A stretch of DNA of 64,000 nt from Candidatus Microgenomates bacterium (GCA_016182045.1 JACOYE010000009.1:1328-65327); one strand, 5' to 3'. Counted from the first letter of the stretch, positions 45,342 to 56,158 are shown. Made by a program: numbers and translations. Notes: generated from the letters alone by a model not told the origin.

Positions 45342-47444
45342 ATGTTTATTTCTGATATACCTTCCATCCTTAGCTTTTGGTTTACTTTTTTCCTGATGGG
45401 AATTATTTTTCTGCCTCTGACACTACTTATCTTTTCTTCTTATTTGGACCGTGGATATATTTTTTCAAAAATTTTGGCAATACTTTTATTAAGCTACACC
45501 ATTTGGCTGCTTGCAAGTTTAAAAATTTTATCATTTACTTCTTTAAATATAATTTTGTTGCTAGGGCTATTTTTAATGATTAATCTTTATTCGGCCCGTA
45601 AATTCAAATTTATCAGCATTTTTAAATCTCATTGGAAAATATTCCTTTTTGAAGAATTTTTATTTTTGGCAGGACTCATATTTTGGAGCTTTATCAGAGC
45701 GTATGAACCATCCATTCATGGGTTGGAAAAATTTATGGACTTTGGATTTATCAATTCCATTTTACGTTCTGAATATTTTCCTCCCAAAGATTTATGGCTG
45801 ACTCCCGAAACAATCAACTATTATTATTTTGGTCACTTAACCGTCGCTGTTTTAACCAAATTATCTTTTCTTAATCCTACTGTAACATATAATTTGATGC
45901 TTGCAGCAATTTTTGGATTAACATTATCTACCTCATTTTCCATCGGCACCAGCTTGTATAGTTTTTTTTCAAAAAATACTTCTGCCATTTTTTTAGCAGG
46001 GGTGTTAAGTACATTTTTGGTTACTCTGGCTGGAAATCTTCAAACGATTTACGCCTTTTTTAAAAATTACCCTAATCCTGATTTACCTGTTCCTTTTTGG
46101 CAGCTTGAGCCAATGTTAAATTTTTCGGGCTATTGGTACCCAAATGCGACTCGTTTTATCCCCAATACCATACATGAATTCCCCATTTATTCTTTTGTCG
46201 TCTCCGACCTTCATGGTCATGTTTTAAACATCCCTTTTGTCTTCCTGATGATCGGTTTTTTAATCAAATTATATTATCAAACTAAAATTCATTTTAGGGA
46301 TTATCTTTTGATTAGTGGATTGCTTGGTGTTTTTTTAATGACTAATGTTTTGGATGGCCCCATCTACCTTATACTGATTGTACTTCTGCTTTTTTTCAAA
46401 CAGGCAAAATTCAGCTTAAATTCAATAATTTCCGCATCCAAACAAATCTTTTTAATTATTATATTTATGCTGTTTTTTTCCCTTCCCTTTTGGCTGGCCT
46501 TTAAACCGTTTTCCTCAGGAATAGGAGTCTTGTGTTCCCCTAATTTTTTAACACAGATTGGCAGATTTGGTCCATTAATATTTGAGGCAGATCACTGTGC
46601 CAGATCGCCTTTTTGGATGCTTCTTATTCTTTACGGCTTCTTTTATTTTATTTTTTTAACCTATCTTTTTAAGGTATTAAAATTAAGGATACCTAACATG
46701 TTAAAGAAAATACCTATGCTCTCACCTACTGATAGACTCATACTCATCTTTACCCTTTTTGCAACGGTAGCAATTATTATTCCGGAAATAGTCTACGTTA
46801 AGGATATATATCCAGGCCATTATCGTGCCAATACGGTTTTTAAATTTGGCTATCAGGCATTTATCATCTTGGCTATAGTAAGCGGCTATGCTATAACTCG
46901 TCTCATTAGGATAAAGCCTCCCATTCTTTACCGACTTTTATCTGTATTCCTTTTTTGTCTGATAGCTATATATCCCTATTTTGCCATTAATTCTTATTAT
47001 AATGGTTTAAAAAATTATCAGGGCCTTGATGGACTATCCTATCTGGAGACACTATATCCGTCTGATTATCGAGCCATTCTTTGGTTAAAAGAAAATATTC
47101 AAGGTCAGCCGGTTATCCTGGAAGCCCAAGGAGATTCATATACTGATTATGCCAGGGTTTCATCAAACACAGGACTGCCCACAGTAATAGGTTGGCCGGT
47201 ACATGAATGGTTATGGAGAGGAAGTCCTGAGGATGGTAGCAAAAGAAGTGATGAAGTCACCTTACTTTATGAAGATCAAGATCTAGAACAAACTAAAGAA
47301 TTGATTAAAAAATATAATATATCTTTGATCTTTATTGGATCCTTAGAGAGACAAAAGTATATAAATTTAAATGAAGATAAGTTTATCAGCTTGGGTAAAG
47401 TCATATTTAGAGATAATCAAACTGTTGTCTACCAGCTAAATTGA
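45342..47444 (+). CDS. DUF2298 (YYY) membrane protein
   Basis: EKFMD, INYYYFG, EFP..SF...DLHGH, RANTVFK and GWPVHE motifs. Confidence 0.88.
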   Translation: MFISDIPSILSFWFTFFLMGIIFLPLTLLIFSSYLDRGYIFSKILAILLLSYTIWLLASLKILSFTSLNIILLLGLFLMINLYSARKFKFISIFKSHWKIFLFEEFLFLAGLIFWSFIRAYEPSIHGLEKFMDFGFINSILRSEYFPPKDLWLTPETINYYYFGHLTVAVLTKLSFLNPTVTYNLMLAAIFGLTLSTSFSIGTSLYSFFSKNTSAIFLAGVLSTFLVTLAGNLQTIYAFFKNYPNPDLPVPFWQLEPMLNFSGYWYPNATRFIPNTIHEFPIYSFVVSDLHGHVLNIPFVFLMIGFLIKLYYQTKIHFRDYLLISGLLGVFLMTNVLDGPIYLILIVLLLFFKQAKFSLNSIISASKQIFLIIIFMLFFSLPFWLAFKPFSSGIGVLCSPNFLTQIGRFGPLIFEADHCARSPFWMLLILYGFFYFIFLTYLFKVLKLRIPNMLKKIPMLSPTDRLILIFTLFATVAIIIPEIVYVKDIYPGHYRANTVFKFGYQAFIILAIVSGYAITRLIRIKPPILYRLLSVFLFCLIAIYPYFAINSYYNGLKNYQGLDGLSYLETLYPSDYRAILWLKENIQGQPVILEAQGDSYTDYARVSSNTGLPTVIGWPVHEWLWRGSPEDGSKRSDEVTLLYEDQDLEQTKELIKKYNISLIFIGSLERQKYINLNEDKFISLGKVIFRDNQTVVYQLN

Positions 47445-47457
47445 AAGGTGTCAGTAT

Positions 47458-48252
47458 TTAACTTGAGGCAGATGAGTATTGTTTTAATGAATAATTCCAT
47501 ATTTTTAATGAAAAAAATAATAAAAATAAAGCAAATACTATAGAGTAAATAATCAGTGCGGGTGAAAGTAATCCCAGAAAAGCTTTAGCGGGAAAACTCA
47601 TCATTAACCCCACCGGTATGATAAATGTTAGAAATCCTCGTAAAGGTTCCCGATAAATATCAATTGGGAAACGACCCATCCCCACAATATCCCGATACAT
47701 CATAATGGCATGATCTACTTCTGTGGTTAAAACTGCCAGTGCTAACACCAGAATATGAAATGATAAAGCAATGGTAAAACCTACACCAATTAACCCAAGG
47801 TACAAGACAGTGCTAGGAAGGCTAATCATTTGTAAACGACTCATATAAAAAACAATTGCTCCAAATAGTGGGATCAAGGTAATAAAATCAATTAAATCCG
47901 GACCACCCATTAAGCTTCTGTATAAAGAATTTATAGGTTTAACTAGATAAAAATCAAAAGTGCCTAACACGACGGCCTGCCTAAAACGATACACCTCACG
48001 AAATAGCAGTTGCGAAATAATATCTATCAAGTTAAATGATAAAAAGAAAAATATAGTCTGATCCAAACTATATCCTGCCAAAGCCTTAGTCTTACTGACT
48101 AAAATAACAATAAACAAAGTAAATATGGCAAATCTTAAGATTTTGCCTATTAAAAAAATTGTTAAGGCAAAACGATTGTTAAGTTGTGTTTGAAAACCAT
48201 TGATGGCAAATCTTAGCCAAACTTTAAAATATTTGTTAAAACTAGTTACCAT
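47458..48252 (-). CDS. ABC-2 family permease
   Basis: GTFDFYLVKP and RFPIDIY motifs; multi-TM. Confidence 0.88.
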   Translation of the reverse strand: MVTSFNKYFKVWLRFAINGFQTQLNNRFALTIFLIGKILRFAIFTLFIVILVSKTKALAGYSLDQTIFFFLSFNLIDIISQLLFREVYRFRQAVVLGTFDFYLVKPINSLYRSLMGGPDLIDFITLIPLFGAIVFYMSRLQMISLPSTVLYLGLIGVGFTIALSFHILVLALAVLTTEVDHAIMMYRDIVGMGRFPIDIYREPLRGFLTFIIPVGLMMSFPAKAFLGLLSPALIIYSIVFALFLLFFSLKIWNYSLKQYSSASS

Positions 48253-49051
48253 AAGCAGTATATCTTTTTAAACCAGCATCCAATATTTTAAGTATTAAAA
48301 GCAAACTTACTAATATCCAAAAAGATAAAATGATAAATCCTTTAATGATTTCAGCTGGAGGTAATGTTCCTAAATAAATTCTTGAGGGAAAATAGATTAA
48401 ATAAGGAAAAGGTGTCAGAAGTAGTGTATCAGTCAGAATCCTTGGCAAAATATCTATAGGGAAAAGTCCTCCCCCGAAACCTTCCAAAATTATGGTCACC
48501 AAAAATAAAGGTCCCCAAGCACTTTCCACCCAAAAGGCCAACATTCCTATTATAAAAGCAATAGCAAAATAGAGTAGTAATCCTAAACTAGCAGACATTA
48601 CAAATAAAAGTAATATTAATGGATCTTGTTGATAAATTATTGGAGGTTTTAGAATGGTGATCAGTAAAATTATCTCCACTAGGACAAAAGAGATATTAAG
48701 TAGTTTATCTGCCAAATCTCTTGAAAAATAATACCTAACAAACCCTAAAGGTTTGACCAAAAAATTAACCACCGACCCTTCATTGATATGTCCTGCTATA
48801 TCTATCGCCCGCGATGATAAAATGACGGCCCTTATTAAAGCTGCCACCATAATATAAGTCAAAATTGAGGATTGGGTATAACCAAAAACTTGAGTTTGAG
48901 ATTGAAAGACAGTCCACCAGATGAAGTAGACGAGTAATAGTTGCAAAACAGATCGTACACGCCAAAGTGTAAAATTTAATCTGTACACTAAACCTTGTTC
49001 CCAGCTAATCTTAAAAACTGCCCAGTATTTGCTAATCATTGGATTTCCCAA
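48242..49051 (-). CDS. ABC-2 family permease
   Basis: INEG...FLVKP and GGLFPID motifs. Confidence 0.88.
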   Translation of the reverse strand: MGNPMISKYWAVFKISWEQGLVYRLNFTLWRVRSVLQLLLVYFIWWTVFQSQTQVFGYTQSSILTYIMVAALIRAVILSSRAIDIAGHINEGSVVNFLVKPLGFVRYYFSRDLADKLLNISFVLVEIILLITILKPPIIYQQDPLILLLFVMSASLGLLLYFAIAFIIGMLAFWVESAWGPLFLVTIILEGFGGGLFPIDILPRILTDTLLLTPFPYLIYFPSRIYLGTLPPAEIIKGFIILSFWILVSLLLILKILDAGLKRYTAYGN

Positions 49052-49325
49052 AAATCCAGGGTGTAGAGGATTTGATTTTAAATCTCGGTGTCTTCTTCTT
49101 AAAACCTTTGATTTCTGTTAATCTGATTACTCTGACAACAGTATCTGTACCAACCTTAAGCTCCTTTGCGATACTTCTTATTGACAATCTATCTTCCAAT
49201 AAATTCACAATCTGGAAGCGATTCTTTATCATTCTCATTTCTGAGGGAGTTAATAATTTGGGCAAAATTTCAGTTGGTATTTGAATGTTTTTATCTATCT
49301 TTGGCTTACTCATGTATCCATACAA
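49032..49325 (-). CDS. TrpR-like HTH protein
   Basis: LLTPSEMRMIKNR...SIRSIAKELKVGTDTVVR. Confidence 0.8.
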   Translation of the reverse strand: MYGYMSKPKIDKNIQIPTEILPKLLTPSEMRMIKNRFQIVNLLEDRLSIRSIAKELKVGTDTVVRVIRLTEIKGFKKKTPRFKIKSSTPWIFGKSND

Positions 49326-50306
49326 TCATACACCACTACTAAAGACTTGTCTAATGATATCTTCGATCTGTGGATCCTCAATTGTTAGATCGGCTACATG
49401 AAACTTATTTAATAGCCGACCTGATCTTTTTGCTGTTTCATTGTACGGCACATCAATCACAGCATGTAATCTAGTGAACTCCTTAACTTGACCAATTGAT
49501 TCTAACTGCTTTTTTTCAACTTCTGATTCAAAATCGACCTTGATTACCTTATGAGATGAAAATTTTTCAACTATATTTTTAAGCAAGCCATCATAAATAA
49601 TTTTCCCTTGATCGATAATAATTACTCTTTTGGTAAGCTGTTGCACATCTCCCATATAATGGGAAGTCAAAATGATGGTGGCATTAAACATTTTGTTATA
49701 TTCTCTTATAAAATCGCGCATGTTTTTCTGTGCTACCACATCTAATCCAATTGTTGGTTCATCTAAAAATAATACTCTTGGGGAGTGGAGTAAGGCTGCC
49801 ACCAGTTCACACTTCATCCTCTGACCTAAAGATAATTTTCTGACCTGGATTTTTAATATATCTTCAATCTCTAACATTTCAGATAACTGCTTTATTACCT
49901 TTTTAAATTGACCATCATCTATCTCATAGATCTCTTTATTTAAAATAAAACTTTCCCAGGCAGGTAAATCCCACCAGAGTTGATTTTTTTGACCCATGAT
50001 AAGTGTGAATTGTTTTTGAAATGCAGTTTGTCTTTTAAAAGGCTCAAATCCCAAAACTGACACTTGACCAGAAGTTGAATATAAAAGCCCTGATAAAACT
50101 TTCAAGGTGGTAGTTTTACCTGCTCCATTTGGTCCAATAAATCCCACCAACTCCCCTTCATCTATCTCAAAAGAAATATTATCTACAGCTTTTACTTCGT
50201 AATACTTTCGATAAAATAATGATTTAACTGATCCCCAAAACCCAGGTTCCTTTTGATTAACCTGGTAGTATTTTTTTAAATTTTTTACGAGAATTACAGG
50301 GGGCAC
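49326..50306 (-). CDS. ABC transporter ATP-binding protein
   Basis: GPNGAGKT, LSLGQ and FLDEPT motifs. Confidence 0.95.
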   Translation of the reverse strand: MPPVILVKNLKKYYQVNQKEPGFWGSVKSLFYRKYYEVKAVDNISFEIDEGELVGFIGPNGAGKTTTLKVLSGLLYSTSGQVSVLGFEPFKRQTAFQKQFTLIMGQKNQLWWDLPAWESFILNKEIYEIDDGQFKKVIKQLSEMLEIEDILKIQVRKLSLGQRMKCELVAALLHSPRVLFLDEPTIGLDVVAQKNMRDFIREYNKMFNATIILTSHYMGDVQQLTKRVIIIDQGKIIYDGLLKNIVEKFSSHKVIKVDFESEVEKKQLESIGQVKEFTRLHAVIDVPYNETAKRSGRLLNKFHVADLTIEDPQIEDIIRQVFSSGV

Positions 50307-50311
50307 AAAAT

Positions 50312-50584
50312 CTACTTTATCAATCTTTTAAGAGTTTTACCAGCTGTAAAACCTGGAATTTTTTTATTGGGAATCTGAATTGGTTCTCCGGTTTGAGGAT
50401 TTCTACCCCTTCTGGCCGCTCTGGATCTAATTAGAAAGGTGCCAAACCCCGTCACGACCACCTTTTCTCCTCTTGTTAAAGCATCACGGATCAAATTAAA
50501 GGTACTATCTAAAGCATCAGCAGCTGCTCTTTTTGTTAAATTGGCCTTTTTGGCAACCTTCTCAACCAACTCTTTTTTAGTCAT
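50312..50584 (-). CDS. hup: DNA-binding protein HU
   Basis: MTKKEL, GFGTF and GRNPQTG motifs. Confidence 0.95.
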   Translation of the reverse strand: MTKKELVEKVAKKANLTKRAAADALDSTFNLIRDALTRGEKVVVTGFGTFLIRSRAARRGRNPQTGEPIQIPNKKIPGFTAGKTLKRLIK

Positions 50585-50653
50585 ATGAAAAATAACTTAC
50601 CAGAAGTTTATCCTTTTGTAAAGCCCCAAATAATCTTGCTGTATAATCTATAT

Positions 50654-51979
50654 ATGCTAGTTAAAAAACATTTGGGTATTTTATTAGTATTCATCTTTTT
50701 CTTTTCAATTTTTACCTATCATACTTTATATAGACATTGGACTTATAATTCCCATGCTTTTGATTTAGGTATCTATACTCAAGTTATTTACCTTTATAGT
50801 CAAGGGCTAACCCCTCTAAGTACTTTAAAACACATGAATATCTTAGGCGATCATTTTGGAGTAATTCTATTTTTATTATCACCAATTTATAAATTATTTC
50901 CCTTTCCAGAAGCCTTACTTGTTATCCAAGCTTTATTTGTCTCACTTAGTGGAATATTCATCTATCTTATCGCTTTGGATAAACTTAAAGATAAACTAAA
51001 GACTATTTTAATAACTGGGGTTTATCTTTCTTTTTCTGGAATTTTAACTGCTGTAAATTTCGATTTTCACCTGGCAACTCTCTCGGTTTTACCTTTATCA
51101 ATAATGCTTTACAGTTGGTATTTTAAAAAGTGGAAACTCTATTTTATAAGCTTATTTTTAGGCCTACTTTTTAAAGAAGATGTACCTCTTTTTATAGTAG
51201 GATTAGGGTTATTCGCAATTTTAAAAAAGCAAAGGCGTTTGGGAGTTTTAACTGTAATATTTGGATTACTAAGTTATCACATTATTAAATACCAAATCAT
51301 GGGTAGAATTTCTCCGGGTGCAGAAAATGCCTATATCAATACTGTATCTTTTTCTTCAATTTCTTCAATGTTTGACTCTCCAACTAAAATTCATACCTTG
51401 AAAAGTTTGTATGGGCAGTTTCTTTTCCTACCATTTCTGTCTCTCTTAAGCTGGCTAACTATAATTCCATACCTATTTATCAGATTCTCATCCACACAAC
51501 CTCACTACTGGGGCTTAAATTTTCACTATAATGCCAATTTGGCACCATTTTTGGCAACCAGTGCAATTTTTGTTTTATCAAAAATTCAAATCCCCAGATA
51601 TCAAATGATTGCTTATTTAATCGTAGCTTTAACTACGGAGAATTTATTTTTTAACAAATTTGTTTCTAATACCCTACAGTTTAATATCCAAGCTACCCAA
51701 CGTTTTAATTACATAAATAATGCTTTACAAACCTTTCCAACCGAAGCAGCTATCTCTGCTCAATCTCCTATAGTCCCTCATTTATCTAACAGAAACAAGG
51801 TATACCTTTATCCAGAAGTTTTAGATGCAGATTATATTATTGTGGATGAAAAATTAAACCACTATCCAATGAAGGTTAATGAATTTGAAGATAGAATTGC
51901 TTCCATTAAAACCTCATCAGAATGGATTTTAGAAAAACAAGTTAATAGTCTACTTATATTTAGGAGGGTAAGGTCATAG
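50654..51979 (+). CDS. DUF2079 membrane protein (GT-C-like)
   Basis: FDLGIY.Q, GDHF, FDFH, KED and FHY motifs; the ATG at 50654 follows TATAAT. Confidence 0.82.
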   Translation: MLVKKHLGILLVFIFFFSIFTYHTLYRHWTYNSHAFDLGIYTQVIYLYSQGLTPLSTLKHMNILGDHFGVILFLLSPIYKLFPFPEALLVIQALFVSLSGIFIYLIALDKLKDKLKTILITGVYLSFSGILTAVNFDFHLATLSVLPLSIMLYSWYFKKWKLYFISLFLGLLFKEDVPLFIVGLGLFAILKKQRRLGVLTVIFGLLSYHIIKYQIMGRISPGAENAYINTVSFSSISSMFDSPTKIHTLKSLYGQFLFLPFLSLLSWLTIIPYLFIRFSSTQPHYWGLNFHYNANLAPFLATSAIFVLSKIQIPRYQMIAYLIVALTTENLFFNKFVSNTLQFNIQATQRFNYINNALQTFPTEAAISAQSPIVPHLSNRNKVYLYPEVLDADYIIVDEKLNHYPMKVNEFEDRIASIKTSSEWILEKQVNSLLIFRRVRS

Positions 51980-53306
51980 TGGTATCTGAAAATCTTGTTT
52001 CTCTGATGGCAGTCACTTTCACAGCACCCGGCACCATCACTTCTTTGGAAATTCTATCTAAAATATCATGAGTTAATTTTGGCAGTTCATCATCCGAGAC
52101 TTTATCTGGAAAAACTACCACCCTGACCTCTCTTCCAGCTTGCAATGCAAAAGCCTTATCCACTCCCTCAAATGATGTGGCAATTTTTTCAATATCTGAA
52201 AGTCTTTTAATATAATCTTCTACATTTTCATGTCTGGCCCCTGGCCTTCCACCAGAAATAGCATCAGCAATATAAACTAGGATTGATTCTACCGAAGAAA
52301 AAGGTTGATCTTCATGATGCTCTGCAATACAATTAACCACTTCCTGAGGCATTCCAAATTTTTTGGCAACCTGCACTCCTTTCTCAACATGAGTCCCTTC
52401 ATCTCCTTCTGTAACTACCTTACCCACATCATGAAGTAAACACCCAAGTCTAACCACATTAGCATCTGCCCCGATCTCTTTGGCCAGAGCTACCCCAATT
52501 CTGGTTTCCTCCAGAGTATGTTGAATTAAATTCTGTCCGAAAGAAAATCTATACTTGAATCGTCCCAATATTTTTACTAAATCAACAGGCAGATTATAAA
52601 CTCCGGCATCTTGACAGAGTTTTTCACCTGTCTCCAGCATGATTTTTTCAAAATCTTGTTCAGTTCTTTTGACAATCTCCTCAATTCTTTGGGGTTGAAT
52701 TCTACCATCTGCAATTAATCTTTCCAAAGAAACTTTGGCAATCTCTCTTCTGACAGAATCAAAAGAAGATAAAATTAAACTGTCGGGAATCTCATCATCC
52801 ATGATTACATCCACTCCTGTGGCTTGCTCAAAAGTCCTGACATTTCTGCCCTCTTTGCCAATAATCCTTCCCTTAATCTCCTCATCAGGCAATTTAACTC
52901 TTGAAGTGGTAAACTCAGAGATATAGTCTGTAAAACCATGTACCATCGTATCAGCTAAAATTTCTTTGGCCTTTTCATCGGCTGTGAGTTTGATCTCTTC
53001 CTCCACCTCTTTTATTTTCTTGGAAATTTCAACCGCTAAATCTTTTTCAATTTGTTCTAAAAGAATTTTCTTTGCTTCATCCGACTGCATAGAAGATGCT
53101 TTCTCCAGTTTAAAGACAAGATCTTTTCGGATCTTTTCTAATTGTTCCAATCTCTCATCAATTAATTTTTGCTTTTCCCCGATTTGCCTCTCTCGTTCTT
53201 CTAAAATACCTTCTCTTTTGGCAAGCTCTGCTTCACGATGTGAAAAGTCTCCACCAGACAAAGTAGTAGAAGGACTAATATTTTTAGGACCAAATGTACG
53301 TTGCAT
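51960..53306 (-). CDS. rny: ribonuclease Y
   Basis: coiled coil, KH domain (KGRIIGKEGRN), HD domain (LLHDVGK), ALQAGREVRV. Confidence 0.93.
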   Translation of the reverse strand: MQRTFGPKNISPSTTLSGGDFSHREAELAKREGILEERERQIGEKQKLIDERLEQLEKIRKDLVFKLEKASSMQSDEAKKILLEQIEKDLAVEISKKIKEVEEEIKLTADEKAKEILADTMVHGFTDYISEFTTSRVKLPDEEIKGRIIGKEGRNVRTFEQATGVDVIMDDEIPDSLILSSFDSVRREIAKVSLERLIADGRIQPQRIEEIVKRTEQDFEKIMLETGEKLCQDAGVYNLPVDLVKILGRFKYRFSFGQNLIQHTLEETRIGVALAKEIGADANVVRLGCLLHDVGKVVTEGDEGTHVEKGVQVAKKFGMPQEVVNCIAEHHEDQPFSSVESILVYIADAISGGRPGARHENVEDYIKRLSDIEKIATSFEGVDKAFALQAGREVRVVVFPDKVSDDELPKLTHDILDRISKEVMVPGAVKVTAIRETRFSDTTMTLPS

Positions 53307-53423
53307 AAATTTTGAAGAATCAAAAAGATACTTCGATTACTCGAAGTTTTGAGGAGTTAAAATTTTAAAGAATACTTTCTTCATATTTTTGCTCACTCTT
53401 AATCTGATCCTCTAAATACTATT

Positions 53424-54077
53424 TTACTTCTTTTTATTCAGATTTTCAACCACTTCTTTAACCACCTCATATTCAAAACCTCTTCTCATCAAAAACTCAT
53501 ATGCTTTTTTGCGAAATTCCATGGAGTCCAGATTTTTCCATTTACTGGCCTTCCGCTCCAAAGCACTTTCTGCCAACTCAGTTTGATTACCATCTCCTTT
53601 CAATGCCTCTATGATTATGTTCCGATCGACACCTTTTTGTAGAAGCTCTGCGGTGATTGCTCGATTACCTTTATATTTTGATATCCGCTTTGATCTAACC
53701 CATTCTTTAGCAAATTTCTCATCATCCACCATTCCTTTCTGTCGCAGTTTCTGAATTAATAGTTCCACAACAACTTCTGAAATCTCCTCTTTATCTTTAA
53801 CTTTTCTTTTAAAAGATAGACTTCTTAAATAGTTTCTGACTTCTTTTTCAGAACGGGGTCTAATATTCCATAACCTGTACATTCGTTCCATCAGCTTCCC
53901 AACTTCCGCCTCAAACAACAGCTTTTCCACATCTGATTCCTCAAGTAACTTCCCAGGGACTAAACGGTATTCCACTACCAAATCCTCATCTGCCCCAAAA
54001 GCAAAAGCACCATCTAGATAAATATTAAAACGTCGTGGATTTTTCTTTTGAGACTCTACTGAAGTAATTTTGGACAT
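53424..54077 (-). CDS. recX: regulatory protein RecX
   Basis: RPRSEKE, DDEKFA, ELLQKG and LMRRGF motifs; follows recA. Confidence 0.9.
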   Translation of the reverse strand: MSKITSVESQKKNPRRFNIYLDGAFAFGADEDLVVEYRLVPGKLLEESDVEKLLFEAEVGKLMERMYRLWNIRPRSEKEVRNYLRSLSFKRKVKDKEEISEVVVELLIQKLRQKGMVDDEKFAKEWVRSKRISKYKGNRAITAELLQKGVDRNIIIEALKGDGNQTELAESALERKASKWKNLDSMEFRKKAYEFLMRRGFEYEVVKEVVENLNKKK

Positions 54078-55171
54078 TAAGCAGCAACTTCTTCAATTAT
54101 ACCCGCTTCGCCCGCGAAGCGAGGCGAGCCAGTTTCTTCCTCTTTTCCAACAACCATTTCTTTCCCTTCCTTTTGTTTACCCCAGGCTTCCCTTATTTCT
54201 TTTTCCAAATTTAGGGCCTCTTTCTTATTGGCTTTTAAGTAATCTATTGCAGCTTGTCTGCCCTGACCCAACATGATTTCATTCCATTTTATAAAGGCTC
54301 CTGACTTTTGTAGAATTCCAAGCTCCAATCCCACATCCAAAAGTTCTCCTTCGTGAGAAATTCCATTTTCATCCATATCAAATTCGGCAATTCTAAATGG
54401 GGGAGCCACTTTATTTTTGACAACCTTAACTCTGTGTCTTGAACCAACCACTGTGTCTCCCACTTTGATATTTTCAATTTTTCTAATATCTAGTCTAACT
54501 GATGTATAGAATTTTAAAGCTAATCCACCTGGAGTAGTCTCCGGGTTCCCAAACATCACTCCAATTTTTTGTCTTAACTGGTTAGTAAAAATAATAATCG
54601 TATTTGTATTTGATACTGCTCCGGTTAATTTTCTTAAAGCCTGAGACATCAGTCTTGCCTGCATACCCATCACAGCATCTCCCATCTCCCCTTCAAGCTC
54701 TGCCCTAGGCACCAAAGCTGCAACTGAGTCTATTACCAATACATCAATTCCGCCAGATCTGATCAAAGCCTCTGCAATTTCTAAAGCCTGCTCGCCAGTA
54801 TCTGGTTGGGAAATTAAAAGATCATCTAAATTAACACCTATCTTTTGTGCTCTTTGGGGATCCAAAGCATGCTCTGCATCAATAAATGCTGCCACTCCAC
54901 CTCTTTTTTGTGCCTCAGCTATAACATGAAGACAGACTGTGGTTTTTCCGCCTGCCTCTGGGCCAAAAACTTCAATAATCCTGCCTCTTGGCAAACCTCC
55001 AACTCCTAAAGCAAGATCTAAAGCGATAGAACCTGTGGGGATAACTTGGGTAGTCAGTTTCTCTGCTCTTTCACCCAACCGCATAATAGAACCAGTACCA
55101 TATTGCTTTTGGATCTGTTGCATGGCCGCGGCAATTGCAGCTTTACGGGCCTCATCATTGGGTTGTGCCAT
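54077..55171 (-). CDS. recA: recombinase RecA
   Basis: [27 protein letters not shown] and KNKVAPPF motifs; start moved to the ATG at 55171. Confidence 0.97.
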   Translation of the reverse strand: MAQPNDEARKAAIAAAMQQIQKQYGTGSIMRLGERAEKLTTQVIPTGSIALDLALGVGGLPRGRIIEVFGPEAGGKTTVCLHVIAEAQKRGGVAAFIDAEHALDPQRAQKIGVNLDDLLISQPDTGEQALEIAEALIRSGGIDVLVIDSVAALVPRAELEGEMGDAVMGMQARLMSQALRKLTGAVSNTNTIIIFTNQLRQKIGVMFGNPETTPGGLALKFYTSVRLDIRKIENIKVGDTVVGSRHRVKVVKNKVAPPFRIAEFDMDENGISHEGELLDVGLELGILQKSGAFIKWNEIMLGQGRQAAIDYLKANKKEALNLEKEIREAWGKQKEGKEMVVGKEEETGSPRFAGEAGIIEEVAA

Positions 55172-55302
55172 AATCCTATTATACAAAATTTAAATCCTAC
55201 CACAATACCCCAAAATCTACATGTATTGTTGTATGGATACATCAATCATTGTGTCGTAGGGTAGAGCAGAATATAAAAACCTGGTAAAATAGAAAGCTGT
55301 GA

Positions 55303-55374
55303 CGGAGACTAGTTCATCGGTAGAACGCTCGCATGGGGTGCGAGAAGTACGGGGTTCAATTCCCCGGTCTCCGA
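55303..55374 (+). tRNA. tRNA-Pro(GGG)
   Basis: CGGAGAC...CTCGC-AT-GGG-GT-GCGAG...GGTTCAATTCC...GTCTCCG-A; CCA not encoded. Confidence 0.93.
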
Positions 55375-55381
55375 CTTTTAT

Positions 55382-56158
55382 ATGAAACTAATCTCATTAA
55401 ATACCTGGGGTGGAAAAGTTTACAAACCACTTATAAAATTTATCCAAGATTACTCAAAAGATACGGATATCTTTTGTTTTCAGGAAGTTTTCTACACTAA
55501 CTCCAATATTAAAGAGGATTTTGGTTTTAGAACCAATTTACTTAATGAAATAAAGAAAATTCTAAAAGATCATATCTGCTTTTTTGCCCCCACCATAGAC
55601 AATTATCTGGTGGGAAGCTTTAAAAAAGAGTTTACAAATTATCATCTATCTTCGGGGTTAGCAATCTTTATTAATAAAAATCTTCAGGTAAAATCAGCTG
55701 GAGATTTTTTTGTTTTTAGACAAAAAAATGATTATGAGTTAGGAAATTACAATACCATGCCCAGAAATATTCAATTTATCAATTTTACTAAAAGCAATAA
55801 AAAATTCACTATTTGTAATGTGCATGGAATTTGGGTAGATAAAGATAAGGGCGATACTCCTTCCAGAATAAAACAATCAGAAATGATACAGAAATTTTTA
55901 GATAACGAGGCGGGAGAGAAAATAGTGTTAGGAGATTTTAATTTAACATTAAATACTGAAAGTATAAGGATTTTAGAAGAAAATTTAAGGAATTTAATCA
56001 AGGAATATAAAATTTTATCTACCAGAAGTAAGTTCTTCCCCGGAGATGAAAGGTATGCTGATTTTACTCTAGTCTCATCAGGGATCAAAGTGATCTATTT
56101 TCAAGTTCCTAATATTGAAGTATCTGATCATCTTCCAATGATACTGGAATTTTTATGA
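55382..56158 (+). CDS. endonuclease/exonuclease/phosphatase (EEP) family protein
   Basis: SLN, CFQE, GDFN and SDHLP motifs. Confidence 0.9.
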   Translation: MKLISLNTWGGKVYKPLIKFIQDYSKDTDIFCFQEVFYTNSNIKEDFGFRTNLLNEIKKILKDHICFFAPTIDNYLVGSFKKEFTNYHLSSGLAIFINKNLQVKSAGDFFVFRQKNDYELGNYNTMPRNIQFINFTKSNKKFTICNVHGIWVDKDKGDTPSRIKQSEMIQKFLDNEAGEKIVLGDFNLTLNTESIRILEENLRNLIKEYKILSTRSKFFPGDERYADFTLVSSGIKVIYFQVPNIEVSDHLPMILEFL

